DNA of 64,000 bases from a virus, in IMG/VR virus record IMGVR_UViG_3300025872_003406, positions 1-64,000 of that record. One strand, written 5' to 3'. Shown here piece after piece: positions 34,894-45,455 of the stretch. Below the pieces are notes generated by a model. The model made no database searches and was not told where the DNA came from. It worked only from the letters and a program-made list of their open reading frames with translations. How positions within the stretch are numbered: position 1 is the stretch's first letter; every line of letters begins with the position of its first letter. Made by a program: the position numbers and the translations under genes.

Positions 34894-35844
34894 ATGTCAT
34901 TACTTTGTGGAAAGAATCCGGCACTTGATGCGGTCAATGCGATCCGCGATCAGATCAAAGCCAAGCTTGCTGACAAGAAGAGCGCTCTGGGAGGTCTGGC
35001 TTCTCAGGTATCTGCTATCACATCAAAGATTTCCGAGCTCCAGGCGAAGGTCACGAACCTTGATTCATTCCAGGCAGAACTTGCTGCACTCGTAGGAGCA
35101 GATGCAGCAAAGATCGCTGCCTTTAAGGAGAAGTGGAAAGGTAAGGTGGCAGAACTGGATGCACTCGTGGCAAAAACTACAAGTGGAATCGCCGATGCTC
35201 TGGACTTCTGTAAAGACGTTCCAAATGTCAAGATGAATCCGGCTACCGGCGCAACAGTCCAGGAGGCCAAGGAGTCTCCCACACCAAACACCGCACCGGT
35301 TGAAGTTGAACCAGTCAAGGAAACGGTAGTTGATAATTCTCAGAAAGTATCAACTGGAAACTCCGGTGTTATACTGGCAGAAGCGGAGAGCAAATTCGAT
35401 GAATTCATACGTCAGCCATACCGTCAACAAATAACAATTCCGCTCTCAAAGAAAGTAACCTCCGCGGTCGATGAAGAGGCGGCAATACTCCTGTCTGATG
35501 AATATAAGAAAGCACGATCGTCGATTTCTATTTTTGGAGGAACAGATGATAAGCCTGAGGTGTTTAACACATTGGAGCAGGCAAAGCTTAAGAGAAATGC
35601 TGCGTCTGAATTATCGAGTCAGGTTGACAAGTACTATGAGATCAGGCTACAGGAAGTATCGCAAGATACCGGTGTATTTACCACTATTGACTATTTTTCA
35701 ATTAAAGTAGAAAGCCTGACCGATAGGTCCATCTACCAGTATATGGAAGACATCAAACCTTGGCTAGAAAAGGTGAATAGCATTCTTACTTCCAATTCTG
35801 ATGCGGCGAAGGACTACTACCGGTACAAGAATAATACCTCGTAA
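34894..35844 (+). CDS. Hypothetical virion-associated coiled-coil protein
   Basis: Long ORF between gp5 and gp25. Confidence 0.7.
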   Translation: MSLLCGKNPALDAVNAIRDQIKAKLADKKSALGGLASQVSAITSKISELQAKVTNLDSFQAELAALVGADAAKIAAFKEKWKGKVAELDALVAKTTSGIADALDFCKDVPNVKMNPATGATVQEAKESPTPNTAPVEVEPVKETVVDNSQKVSTGNSGVILAEAESKFDEFIRQPYRQQITIPLSKKVTSAVDEEAAILLSDEYKKARSSISIFGGTDDKPEVFNTLEQAKLKRNAASELSSQVDKYYEIRLQEVSQDTGVFTTIDYFSIKVESLTDRSIYQYMEDIKPWLEKVNSILTSNSDAAKDYYRYKNNTS

Positions 35845-35850
35845 TTTGCC

Positions 35851-35858
35851 TATAAATA
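35851..35858 (+). promoter_or_regulatory. T4-type late promoter
   Basis: TATAAATA 7 nt before gp25. Confidence 0.85.
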
Positions 35859-35865
35859 ACAAACC

Positions 35866-36309
35866 ATGGCCGGAATCCTTGTAGCAAGCGATAGGAATAT
35901 ACTGGGACGAAAATCAGCAATCGTTTCTCAGCGAAAGCCGTATTCTGACCTGGATGTATCCCTGTCCAGAGATGTGACAAACGATATCGCTCCATTAAAA
36001 GATATTGAAGCAGTAAAAGCTGCGGTCAAAAACTTAGTTCTTACTTCATTCGGAGAAAGACCATTCCAGCCAAACCTTGGATCGGCCATCAAGGGATTAC
36101 TCTTTGAACCTGCGGATCGAATTTCGATAGCAGTACTGAGGAAGTCCATCGTTGATGTTCTCAGGAAAAACGAACCTCGTATCGATTCTATCACCATTGA
36201 GGTCAAGGATGAATCAGAGAACAACCGTTACGTGGTCGACCTAGGATTTAGGGTTATATCTCTGAACCAGGAAGTAGACATTTCATTTTATCTCCAGAGA
36301 GTTCGATAA
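35866..36309 (+). CDS. gp25: Baseplate wedge subunit gp25
   Basis: YSDLD, AVKNLVLT..GERPFQP.LGS, LLFEP, NEPRI. Confidence 0.93.
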   Translation: MAGILVASDRNILGRKSAIVSQRKPYSDLDVSLSRDVTNDIAPLKDIEAVKAAVKNLVLTSFGERPFQPNLGSAIKGLLFEPADRISIAVLRKSIVDVLRKNEPRIDSITIEVKDESENNRYVVDLGFRVISLNQEVDISFYLQRVR

Positions 36310-36321
36310 CCTTTTACGACA

Positions 36322-38199
36322 ATGGCTCAATTCGACGTTACAGAACTAGACTTTCAAAACATCAAGGATTCCATCAAGGATCACTTTAAATCACAGTCAA
36401 AATATAATGACTTTGATTTCGATGGATCAAATCTGTCTGTGCTGCTGGATATTCTGGCCTACAACACGCACTACAACGCGATGGTGGCTCATTTTAGCAT
36501 CAATGAGTCGTTTCTCGATTCTGCACAGATTCGTGGTAATGTTGTATCCCATGCCAAGATGCTTGGATATGTACCACGTTCGGTGCAGGCATCCAGCGCA
36601 AAGTTAAACATTACCGTTACCGGAACAAGCGTTTCTCCCGCCACGCTGACAATGGAACGTGGTACTCGTTTTCAGACCGCTTCTCCGATAAGTGGATCTC
36701 CTTATGTGTTCTTAACGCTGGAGTCAGCTACCGCCTCAAAGAATAGTTCGAATAACTATGTCTTTTCTGGAGTGACTGCAAAGCAAGGTGTTCTCAAACG
36801 CATGCTTTATCTGGTAGACAACTCGATCGAGAATCAGAAATTCGTCATACCTGAGGCGAATGTGGATACTTCCACAGTTCGCGTTCGAGTCAAGACGAAT
36901 CAAGATTCCGATGACTACGAGGTATTCACACGATTCACAAGTCTTTCTGGCATCAGTGCTACATCATTGGTGTACTTCATTCAGGAAAATGCCAGTGGTA
37001 AATTTGAAGTTTTCTTCGGCGATGGAATCCTTGGCAAGAAGCCAATCAACAATAACATCGTAGAGGTAGAGTATATCTACACTCAGGGGGCTGAGGCCAA
37101 TAATTGCCGCGGAGCATTTACTGCACTCGATTCGATCGGATCGTTCAGCGGCGGAAGCATTTCAGTCTCTTATTCGAACGGGACCTCTTCGACTTTTGGA
37201 GGAGCTGATCCCGAGACCATCGAGTCAATTCGATACAATGCTCCTTTGACCTATCTTTCACAGAACCGAGCAGTTACAGCAGACGACTATCGCTCACTCA
37301 TCATACGTGAGTTTGGAAACATCGATTCGATCTCAGTTTGGGGTGGCGAAAAGAACACTGAACCTGACTATGGCAAAGTCTATATTGCTATCAAGCCAAC
37401 TGGTGCAGCTGCACTGAATGCAGCTGAGAAGAACAATATCATCACAGCGATCGAGAATAAAAACATTGTTTCGATTACTCCCACGATCGTCGATCCAGAC
37501 TTCACCTACATCAAGCTCGATGTTTTCTTCAAGTATAATCCGAATCTGACAGACAACACAAAGATTGCTCTGGAGGGATTGGTTCGAAACCGTCTACAGA
37601 CATACGCTCAGACATATCTGCAGAGATTCGACGGAGTGTTTCGTTACTCCAAGCTTCTGGCAGAAGTTGATTCTGTCGATAAGGCGATTCTAAACAGCGT
37701 CACGCGTGTTTACATGTTCAAGGACATAACTCCTTCGAACGTGACTGCAAATAGCATCGATATTACATTTGCATCTCCGATCTATGCGACATCTTCAAGC
37801 TCATCTATTCTAAGTTCTTCCGAATTTAAGATTGGTGGCGTGGTACATTACCTGAGAGATGCTCCGATAACCGGTTCTGTCAATCGTAACATCTTTCTTT
37901 GCCGTAGATCCTCAGGGGCTGAAGTGAGAGTTGCAAATCTAGGAATACTATATGCAGCAGCCGGACGTATCGTTATCAATAAACTTCTGCCAGATACGAC
38001 TGATATTATTCGCCTGACGGTTCTTCCAAATTCCTTCGACCTGGCACCAAAGAGAAATCAGCTTCTGGATATCGCGTTGTCCATTCCTTCTGGTCGCGGA
38101 GATCTTGAACCATCGACGGTTACTGGTGAGATCGATACGATTGCGGTGTCTGGATCATCCGGTGCAGTAAACTACACAACTGTTTCACGTCACGAATAA
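36322..38199 (+). CDS. gp6: Baseplate wedge subunit gp6
   Basis: ELDFQNIK, DFDFDGSNLSVLLDILAYNTHYN, QNRAVTADDY, WGGE...P.YGKV. Confidence 0.95.
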   Translation: MAQFDVTELDFQNIKDSIKDHFKSQSKYNDFDFDGSNLSVLLDILAYNTHYNAMVAHFSINESFLDSAQIRGNVVSHAKMLGYVPRSVQASSAKLNITVTGTSVSPATLTMERGTRFQTASPISGSPYVFLTLESATASKNSSNNYVFSGVTAKQGVLKRMLYLVDNSIENQKFVIPEANVDTSTVRVRVKTNQDSDDYEVFTRFTSLSGISATSLVYFIQENASGKFEVFFGDGILGKKPINNNIVEVEYIYTQGAEANNCRGAFTALDSIGSFSGGSISVSYSNGTSSTFGGADPETIESIRYNAPLTYLSQNRAVTADDYRSLIIREFGNIDSISVWGGEKNTEPDYGKVYIAIKPTGAAALNAAEKNNIITAIENKNIVSITPTIVDPDFTYIKLDVFFKYNPNLTDNTKIALEGLVRNRLQTYAQTYLQRFDGVFRYSKLLAEVDSVDKAILNSVTRVYMFKDITPSNVTANSIDITFASPIYATSSSSSILSSSEFKIGGVVHYLRDAPITGSVNRNIFLCRRSSGAEVRVANLGILYAAAGRIVINKLLPDTTDIIRLTVLPNSFDLAPKRNQLLDIALSIPSGRGDLEPSTVTGEIDTIAVSGSSGAVNYTTVSRHE

Positions 38200-38203
38200 G
38201 GCC

Positions 38204-39916
38204 ATGCCTCACTCGATAGAAACAATCGCGAGCACTCGTAGAAAGACAAAAGAATCGATCCGCGTCGATTCACTTGTTCCTAGCGATCTGCGTCAGCCAG
38301 CCGAAAAGTTAATCGATCTACTCGAGGATTACTATACCCATATCAATGAGGTCGGTCAACCGAGCGCCGAGATCAACTCGATGGTCGAAGCTCGCGATAT
38401 CGATGTAACGAAGGCAGCCTATCTTGACCTCATACAGAAGGAGATCGCCAGCGTAATTCCAAAGAACACCGTTGCGAATCGAGTCAATCTCTACAAGAAT
38501 CTCGCCAGATACTACAATGTCCGTGGATCGAAAGAATCGATCGAATTGTTCTTCAAGATTATCTTTCAGGACAACGCCGAGGTCTATTTTCCTAGAAAGG
38601 ACATGCTGATCGCCTCGGATGGCGTCTGGCTAGCCAACGTTCAGCGACCGGTTTATTCCGCGGCTCCTCTCCTGGGAGTGATCGGTAATGGTACAGGCGC
38701 GAAGGCGACGGTGACAACCTCAAACGGAGCAATTCGCCGTATCACTGTATCAAACGGAGGAACTCTATATCCCTGTCCCACGGCAAGTATCACTGGTAAT
38801 GGAACAAACGCTGTTTTAGAATTATATGTGGCCGGAGGCATTGTTCGATCGATTAAAGTTTTAAACGGAGGATCTGGATATACGAACGCGACAGTTGTAA
38901 TTACTGGTACAAATACCACAGTTGCAACAGCGACAGCCGAGATTGTGGCAGGAGCAATTTCATCAGTCACGGTGACTGCCGGAGGTGGCGGATATGCAAG
39001 TCCTACGGTAACAATCACTGGAAATGGATCTGGTGCAACTGCCATAGCATATTGCGCCGGTGGAGTGATCAAGCACATCCAGATGTTGACCTACGGATCC
39101 GGATATTCGACTGCAAATATTGCGGTTAGTGGTGCGACAGGATCTGGAGCCGTCACAGCCGCTACCATTGTAAATGGAGCAATCACTCAGGTCAATCCGA
39201 CATCTTATGGATCTGGATATACAACCGCAAAGGTAGCAGTAAATGGAATTGTACTCGATGAATCGGCTCCTAATTCAACCTACGCTCAAATTATACCAAA
39301 CGTAGATCGTACTGGAAACGATTCAGGTCAAATTGCATCATACATCATTGCCGATTGTGGGCAGGGATATACGGTCGCAGGCAATTTTCTAGGATACTCT
39401 ACCGGAACATACAACGAATCCCGGGGATTTCTTTCCGATAACATCAAGCTTCAGGATTCGTATTTCTACCAGAAATTTTCGTATGTTATCCGTACCGGTA
39501 ACAACTTTGATGTCTGGTCAGATACATTCAACAAATTAGTGCATCCCGCTGGAATGATATTTTTTGGTGAGATCTTGATTTTGCTGCAATTGCTTGATAG
39601 TAAGTCGATCATGCCATTGTTGCAGCCCGGTCTTATTTCCGCTGAAGACTTGGCCAGAATCATTATACTGCAGGCTGCAAATAATCTTACGATGAGCCTG
39701 GAGGCATCGTATTACCGAATGGCTCTGAATGTTCCTACTGGTACAAATACTTCGTTCATGCTTAAATTCTTCGACGATAACCCGGTGAATATCTACGGTT
39801 CGATGACAATCGAACAGGCGGAAACGCTATATCCGTATGATGATTATACCATCTCAACAGTTATAAATACAGCACCGACGTGGAATGGGACGACTCTCGG
39901 AGTCAATTACGTCTAA
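38204..39916 (+). CDS. gp7: Baseplate wedge subunit gp7-like
   Basis: RGSKESIELFF, LQDSYFYQKFSYVI, VHPAG; internal GSGY/GTGA repeats. Confidence 0.8.
   Translation: MPHSIETIASTRRKTKESIRVDSLVPSDLRQPAEKLIDLLEDYYTHINEVGQPSAEINSMVEARDIDVTKAAYLDLIQKEIASVIPKNTVANRVNLYKNLARYYNVRGSKESIELFFKIIFQDNAEVYFPRKDMLIASDGVWLANVQRPVYSAAPLLGVIGNGTGAKATVTTSNGAIRRITVSNGGTLYPCPTASITGNGTNAVLELYVAGGIVRSIKVLNGGSGYTNATVVITGTNTTVATATAEIVAGAISSVTVTAGGGGYASPTVTITGNGSGATAIAYCAGGVIKHIQMLTYGSGYSTANIAVSGATGSGAVTAATIVNGAITQVNPTSYGSGYTTAKVAVNGIVLDESAPNSTYAQIIPNVDRTGNDSGQIASYIIADCGQGYTVAGNFLGYSTGTYNESRGFLSDNIKLQDSYFYQKFSYVIRTGNNFDVWSDTFNKLVHPAGMIFFGEILILLQLLDSKSIMPLLQPGLISAEDLARIIILQAANNLTMSLEASYYRMALNVPTGTNTSFMLKFFDDNPVNIYGSMTIEQAETLYPYDDYTISTVINTAPTWNGTTLGVNYV
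39862..39869 (+). promoter_or_regulatory. T4-type late promoter
   Basis: TATAAATA within the 3' end of gp7, upstream of gp8. Confidence 0.6.
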
Positions 39917-39936
39917 AATTTTACATACCATAACTC

Positions 39937-41295
39937 ATGCCAGCCATCATTACTTCTAGATTCCGTCTCGAAAATGCCTCAAATTTTAAGGAGGCGGTCG
40001 GGTCGGACAGCGTGTATCTTTCCATCGGTAAGTCCGATAATTGGAATTCGGCACTTGGCGGAGCCGAGACCACAGCACCGACTCCTGTTGATACTCTGGT
40101 AGAGAGGAACGATTTCTGGCAGAACGCGATCGCCCTGAAGAAGATCGATTCTTCTCTTGTCACACATATCATTCCTCGCTATAATTGGACATTAGGACAG
40201 ACGTATATTCCATGGGATGACGCGTCAGATTCTATCTTTACGCAGGCATTTTACGTTATCACGAGCGAATTCAAGGTATATAAACTCATCAATAAGCTTC
40301 ATACCGCCACCACGGTACAGCTCGAACCAACGCACACTACACAAGCTCCAACGAACGCTGGCGATGGTTATATCTGGAAGTACATGTACACGGTGACTGC
40401 CGCGGAAGCCACTGCATTCATGACCAATCTTTATATGCCAGTGAAGACTGCTGTGATTCCTGCTGGTGGAGTTATCGGAGACCTGTCACCAGAAGATCAG
40501 ACGCGCTATAACTATCAGAACAATTCGGCCTCGGATGTCGGCAAGATTTACCGCATTCAGGTGACAGCCGGTGGAACTGGATATGCTACGCCTCCAACCG
40601 TAGTGATCAACGGAAATGGATCCGGCGCAACAGCAACTGCTGTCGTTTCTGGCGGAGTTGTTACTAGAATTGATGTTGATACGAATGGCGCGAATTATAG
40701 CGTAGTTTCAATATCATTCACTGGTGGCGGTGGTTCAGGTGCCGCTGCTCGCGCAATCCTTTCACCAAAGGGCGGACATGGTACCGACCCAGTTTCTGAA
40801 CTCGGCGGATTCTACATCGGAATGCGAGTCGTTCTGAATGGACCAGAAGGTTCTGGTGACTTTATTGTAAACGGTGCAACATTCCGCCAGATCGGAGTCA
40901 TCAAGAATCCATATAATCACGGTACCACCACAATTGCCACTGGCACGACTCTTTCGGCTCTTAAGTCTCTCACACTCGCCGGTGGATCTGCCGGTGGATT
41001 CCAGGTCGGAGACTATATCACAGACAGCGGTGGATCCGGAGCTCGCGCATATGTCGATGCATTTGATTCTACAGCCGGTGTCCTAAAGTATCACCAGAAT
41101 GACAAGACTGGATACGTTGCATTCACGGTCGGAATGACTATTACCGGCGCATCTGCAGGATCCGGATCAATCGGATCGCTGGGGAATCCAGAGGCAGATC
41201 GATTCAGCGGAGACGTGATGTTCGTTGAAAACCGCGCAGCCATCATTCGCTCGGCTTCTCAGCTCGAAGACATCAAGATGATTCTGGAGTTCTAA
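39937..41295 (+). CDS. gp8: Baseplate wedge subunit gp8
   Basis: MPAIITSRFR, IPRYNW, DGYIWKYMYT, GGHG.DP..ELG, FRQIG..KNP, EDIK.ILEF. Confidence 0.9.
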   Translation: MPAIITSRFRLENASNFKEAVGSDSVYLSIGKSDNWNSALGGAETTAPTPVDTLVERNDFWQNAIALKKIDSSLVTHIIPRYNWTLGQTYIPWDDASDSIFTQAFYVITSEFKVYKLINKLHTATTVQLEPTHTTQAPTNAGDGYIWKYMYTVTAAEATAFMTNLYMPVKTAVIPAGGVIGDLSPEDQTRYNYQNNSASDVGKIYRIQVTAGGTGYATPPTVVINGNGSGATATAVVSGGVVTRIDVDTNGANYSVVSISFTGGGGSGAAARAILSPKGGHGTDPVSELGGFYIGMRVVLNGPEGSGDFIVNGATFRQIGVIKNPYNHGTTTIATGTTLSALKSLTLAGGSAGGFQVGDYITDSGGSGARAYVDAFDSTAGVLKYHQNDKTGYVAFTVGMTITGASAGSGSIGSLGNPEADRFSGDVMFVENRAAIIRSASQLEDIKMILEF

Positions 41296-41313
41296 GATTT
41301 AATTTAACCCGTC

Positions 41314-44300
41314 ATGGCAATCAAGAATTATAATATCCCTCCGTACTACGACGACTTTGATCAGTCAAAGAACTACCTGCGTGTTCTGTTTCGCCCTGGC
41401 TATGCTGTACAGGCCCGCGAGCTGACTCAACTGCAGACCGCAATACAAGCACAGATCGATCGTTTTGGAAGCCATGTATTCAAGGAAGGATCACCGGTTC
41501 TGGGCGGTCAGGCATCTCTAGACACTAATTACGAGTTCGTAAAACTAGAAAGCACATTCACCGATGGCGGTAGCACGTACTATCCTGAAGGTGACGGCGG
41601 CAGTAATCTTTCCTATTACACATCAGCTGTAGGACTCACCGTCACTGGTGTCACGAGTGGAGTCATTGCGGATGTCCTTGAAGCAACGGCATCTACCACA
41701 TCAGATGCTCTCACTATTTTTGTTCGCTATACGCGTGCCGATACTGCAAATACATCCCATAGATTTTCTCCCGAAGAGATTTTGACATTTACTGTCAATG
41801 GTTCTACGAAGAAGTTTAAGGTTAAATCAGAAGTTAATAATCCTGTAGGAAGAGGAACCCGTGTTTCTGTCAACGAAGGGGTGTACTTTGTAAAAGGAAA
41901 TTTTGTCTATGCAGCGGCTGATTCAGTAATTGTATCAAAATATACCACAAACCCATCAGCGCGTGTAGTCTATAAGATTTCAGAGAATATCGTTACCTCA
42001 ACAGAGGATGCATCTCTGGTAGACAACTCAATAGGAACGCCGAATGAATCTGCTCCAGGAGCACATCGCTATCAGGTTGCTCTCGATCTGGTCGTAGAGC
42101 CATATCTCCTCTCGAACAGAACAGAGGACAATATCATTCAGGTACTGCTGATCAATGGTGGTCAAGTAACAGGACGTGCCCGTACAGAGTATTCAGAACT
42201 TGCACGCACTCTGGCCACTCGTACCTATGAAGAGTCTGGCAATTACACAGTTCGTCCGTTCCAGATCAACGTTCGCGAGTATTACAACAGCGGCACGAAC
42301 GGAGGATTGTTCACGCAGGCACAAATTCAGTCAGCAAATCCAGGATTCACGAGCCAACAAGCTCTGGATTATGGAAAAGCCAGATTGGCAGTAGGACTTG
42401 AACCCTCGGTTGCATATGTTAATGGGTATCGCATCGAGACTCTCGATACTACATATGTCACTGTGGAAAAAGCTCGAGATGAGGCATTCATCAATGGTGC
42501 ATCGATCTTTACTCCGCTCGGAGGATATGTCTATATCGATACGGTTGTAGGACTTCCAGATACTGCTACTTTTAGTCCGATAAACCTCAAGAATTCTGGA
42601 GGTACCACGATTGGTACCGCCCGCGCTCGTGCCATGGAATATGTTTCCGGCACAATTGGATCAGCAGCTTTCTATAAGCTATACCTGTTCGATATCGTAA
42701 TGAATTCTGGACAGTCATTCTCTAACGTCAGTACACTTCAAGATACATCTGTCCCAGGATACGACTTCACTGCAACGGTCAATGATATCGATTCGAATAT
42801 CACGTATGCAGTTCTATATGATCCATCAAATAGTTCGTTGCTGTACAAGCTTCCTGTCAGTGCTGTACAGTCTCTGCGCTCTTCTGATGATGTGACGTGC
42901 GACTTCTTCTACTACGTCAAGCGCAAGTTTGATAACGTCCAGGCAAACGGAAGTGGTCAACTGACGCTTACAGCAAGTTCCGAGAATTTCTACTCGGTTA
43001 CCTCTACGGATTATGTGGTCGTTAAGGCGAGTGACGGAACTCAGGTCACTCAGGCAGTAACTCCTGTTCTGAACAGTGGTGGAACATCTGTCACCCTCTC
43101 GCTCGGCGGTGGAAATGCAAATCTGTACTTCTACGTCATTGCATCGACACGTCGAAACCTGATCGAAAAATCAAAGACTTTCGTATCTGGTGTTACGACT
43201 TGGACCTCCGGCGCCTACGGTAATGGTCAGAAGGCATTCTCATCACCAAACACCACACCCGGTGGTTATGATTCTCTAGCTCAGACCGACGTCCTGAGAA
43301 TCAAAGCGGTGTATATGTCTGCCAATGCTTCGACGGACGCCACGACCAACGACACGAATATCACCAGTCGTTATACACTGGATGACGGTCAACGAGAAAA
43401 CTTCTACGATGTGGCCCGCATGCAGTTAAAGCCAGGAGCAAGTGCTCCTACAGGTCGTATTCTAGTAATCTTTGATTATTTCACTCACAATCCTGGTGAC
43501 TACTTCGGCGTCAATTCCTACTCTGGCGTTGACTACGGAGATATTCCTACATTCAATTCCATCAAGGGAGCGATCGCTCTCCGCGATGCGGTCGACTTCC
43601 GCCCGACCAAGAGTAACGACGGTTCTGGATTCACGGCCGCTGGTGCTTCGACCTCGAACTGCATTGTTCCAAATTCTACGATTCTGACAGATATTCAATT
43701 CTATCTGCCGCGCATCGACAAGATCTTCGTCAATAAGAATGGAGAGTTTGCCTCAATCAAGGGTATCTCGAACGTGATTCCAAAGGCGCCGGAAGATCCG
43801 GAAGATTCGATGGTACTATACTCGATTAACCTGAATGCCTATACATTCAGCACGATCGACCTCTCGGCAAAGATGATCGACAACAAGCGCTATACGATGC
43901 GTGATATCGGTCGTCTGGAGAAGAGACTCTCGAATGTTGAGTACTACACCTCGCTGTCGCTGCTCGAAAAGTCCGCAGCGAATACCCAGATTCTGGATGG
44001 TACAGGTAACCAGAGATACAAGAACGGGTTCATCGTTGATTCGTTTGTGGACCATGGAATCGGTGCCCTCAATCATCCAGACTATCACTGCTCGATCGAG
44101 GCCGAGAAGGGAATCCTTCTGCCAGAATTTACTCAAAAGTACGTCAACCTTGTTCCTAATATCGCAGGATCGGCTAATATCAAGCAGACCGGATCTTTAG
44201 TCACTCTTAACTATACAGAAGTACCATTGATCGAACAACCGTATTCGTCATACTCCGAATACGTTAACCCACACGCGGTATATGGATGGCAAGGAAGGTT

Positions 44301-45447
44301 AGAGCTATCTCCTCCATCCGATGAATGGAAAGAAGTCACCACAAAGCCTCAGCTGGCTGCAAATGCTTCTAACAGCTATAGTTGGTTCAATGAAGCCGAT
44401 GCCGATACTGCAAATGGTGGATTGTTTAACGATTGGCAGGTCAATTGGTTCGGTGTTTCCCCTGAGGAGGAAGAAGAACTCCGCAATCAACTATCCGAGG
44501 GAACATTAACCGCTCGCGGAGGATCGATCATTGCCTCGAATGGTGATGTTGTTGGACAATACACGAAGCCATCGAGTGGTGTCTACAATAACACACAGAC
44601 TTCTCAGGTATCTGATACGGTCGTCAATAATACCGTTGTTCCATACATTCGTTCCAGAAAGATATATTTTAGAGCTACTGGTCTAAAACCTCTCTCGAGA
44701 GTTTACGCATTTTTCGATGGCGTAGATATGACGAACTATGTTCGTACAGAGGTTGCGATGACCAACTACACCACGAATCCGGACGATAAAAATTATGCTG
44801 GACTGACCGCGCATCCATCTGGCGCCACAACCCTGACGACGGACTCTTCTGGACAGGTGATCGGATCATTCATCATTCCTCATAATGATGCTATCAAATT
44901 CCGCACCGGCGAAAGAACATTCAGAATCATCGATAATTCCCTGAATAACTCGGATTCAGCCTTTACATATGCCGAAGGCATTTACCGTGCAACTGGAATC
45001 TTTGTGCCGGCTCCTACACCTGCTCCTCAGCCACCGGTAGTGATTCCAACGCCAAAGCCTGGTCCGGCTCCTTCCGTGCCTCCGTTTGTTGGTATCGCAG
45101 TCCAAGGGCTCACTCCGAAGTATAACGGAATTCCGTTCAACTTTACCGCTGTCACATCTGCGACCGGATATGGATCTCTCACATCCCTCGTGATGGAAGA
45201 AAGATCCAATGCATCGGATCCTAACTTCGGATATTGGGTGCCTCTGGCATATCAGAGCGGAACAACTTCCGGAATATCTGGTAATGCGGTGTTTAGAATT
45301 TCTCCGGCTCTGCCTGGTACATATCAGGTACGTGCAAGAGCAGTTTGGAGCGGCGTAACGTATTATTCGAATACGATTTCGTTTACCGTAGCATCGGCTC
45401 CTCTGGATATTTCAACTCTACCTGAAGCCGAACGTTATACACAATAA
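41314..45447 (+). CDS. Large virion structural protein (VrlC/DUF4815-like), N-terminal part
   Basis: PYYDDFD..K...VLFRPG..VQARELTQLQ, APGAHR, RTYEESGNY, YTMRDIG.LEKR, KNGFIVD. Confidence 0.85.
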   Translation: MAIKNYNIPPYYDDFDQSKNYLRVLFRPGYAVQARELTQLQTAIQAQIDRFGSHVFKEGSPVLGGQASLDTNYEFVKLESTFTDGGSTYYPEGDGGSNLSYYTSAVGLTVTGVTSGVIADVLEATASTTSDALTIFVRYTRADTANTSHRFSPEEILTFTVNGSTKKFKVKSEVNNPVGRGTRVSVNEGVYFVKGNFVYAAADSVIVSKYTTNPSARVVYKISENIVTSTEDASLVDNSIGTPNESAPGAHRYQVALDLVVEPYLLSNRTEDNIIQVLLINGGQVTGRARTEYSELARTLATRTYEESGNYTVRPFQINVREYYNSGTNGGLFTQAQIQSANPGFTSQQALDYGKARLAVGLEPSVAYVNGYRIETLDTTYVTVEKARDEAFINGASIFTPLGGYVYIDTVVGLPDTATFSPINLKNSGGTTIGTARARAMEYVSGTIGSAAFYKLYLFDIVMNSGQSFSNVSTLQDTSVPGYDFTATVNDIDSNITYAVLYDPSNSSLLYKLPVSAVQSLRSSDDVTCDFFYYVKRKFDNVQANGSGQLTLTASSENFYSVTSTDYVVVKASDGTQVTQAVTPVLNSGGTSVTLSLGGGNANLYFYVIASTRRNLIEKSKTFVSGVTTWTSGAYGNGQKAFSSPNTTPGGYDSLAQTDVLRIKAVYMSANASTDATTNDTNITSRYTLDDGQRENFYDVARMQLKPGASAPTGRILVIFDYFTHNPGDYFGVNSYSGVDYGDIPTFNSIKGAIALRDAVDFRPTKSNDGSGFTAAGASTSNCIVPNSTILTDIQFYLPRIDKIFVNKNGEFASIKGISNVIPKAPEDPEDSMVLYSINLNAYTFSTIDLSAKMIDNKRYTMRDIGRLEKRLSNVEYYTSLSLLEKSAANTQILDGTGNQRYKNGFIVDSFVDHGIGALNHPDYHCSIEAEKGILLPEFTQKYVNLVPNIAGSANIKQTGSLVTLNYTEVPLIEQPYSSYSEYVNPHAVYGWQGRLELSPPSDEWKEVTTKPQLAANASNSYSWFNEADADTANGGLFNDWQVNWFGVSPEEEEELRNQLSEGTLTARGGSIIASNGDVVGQYTKPSSGVYNNTQTSQVSDTVVNNTVVPYIRSRKIYFRATGLKPLSRVYAFFDGVDMTNYVRTEVAMTNYTTNPDDKNYAGLTAHPSGATTLTTDSSGQVIGSFIIPHNDAIKFRTGERTFRIIDNSLNNSDSAFTYAEGIYRATGIFVPAPTPAPQPPVVIPTPKPGPAPSVPPFVGIAVQGLTPKYNGIPFNFTAVTSATGYGSLTSLVMEERSNASDPNFGYWVPLAYQSGTTSGISGNAVFRISPALPGTYQVRARAVWSGVTYYSNTISFTVASAPLDISTLPEAERYTQ

Positions 45448-45455
45448 TTTAAAGC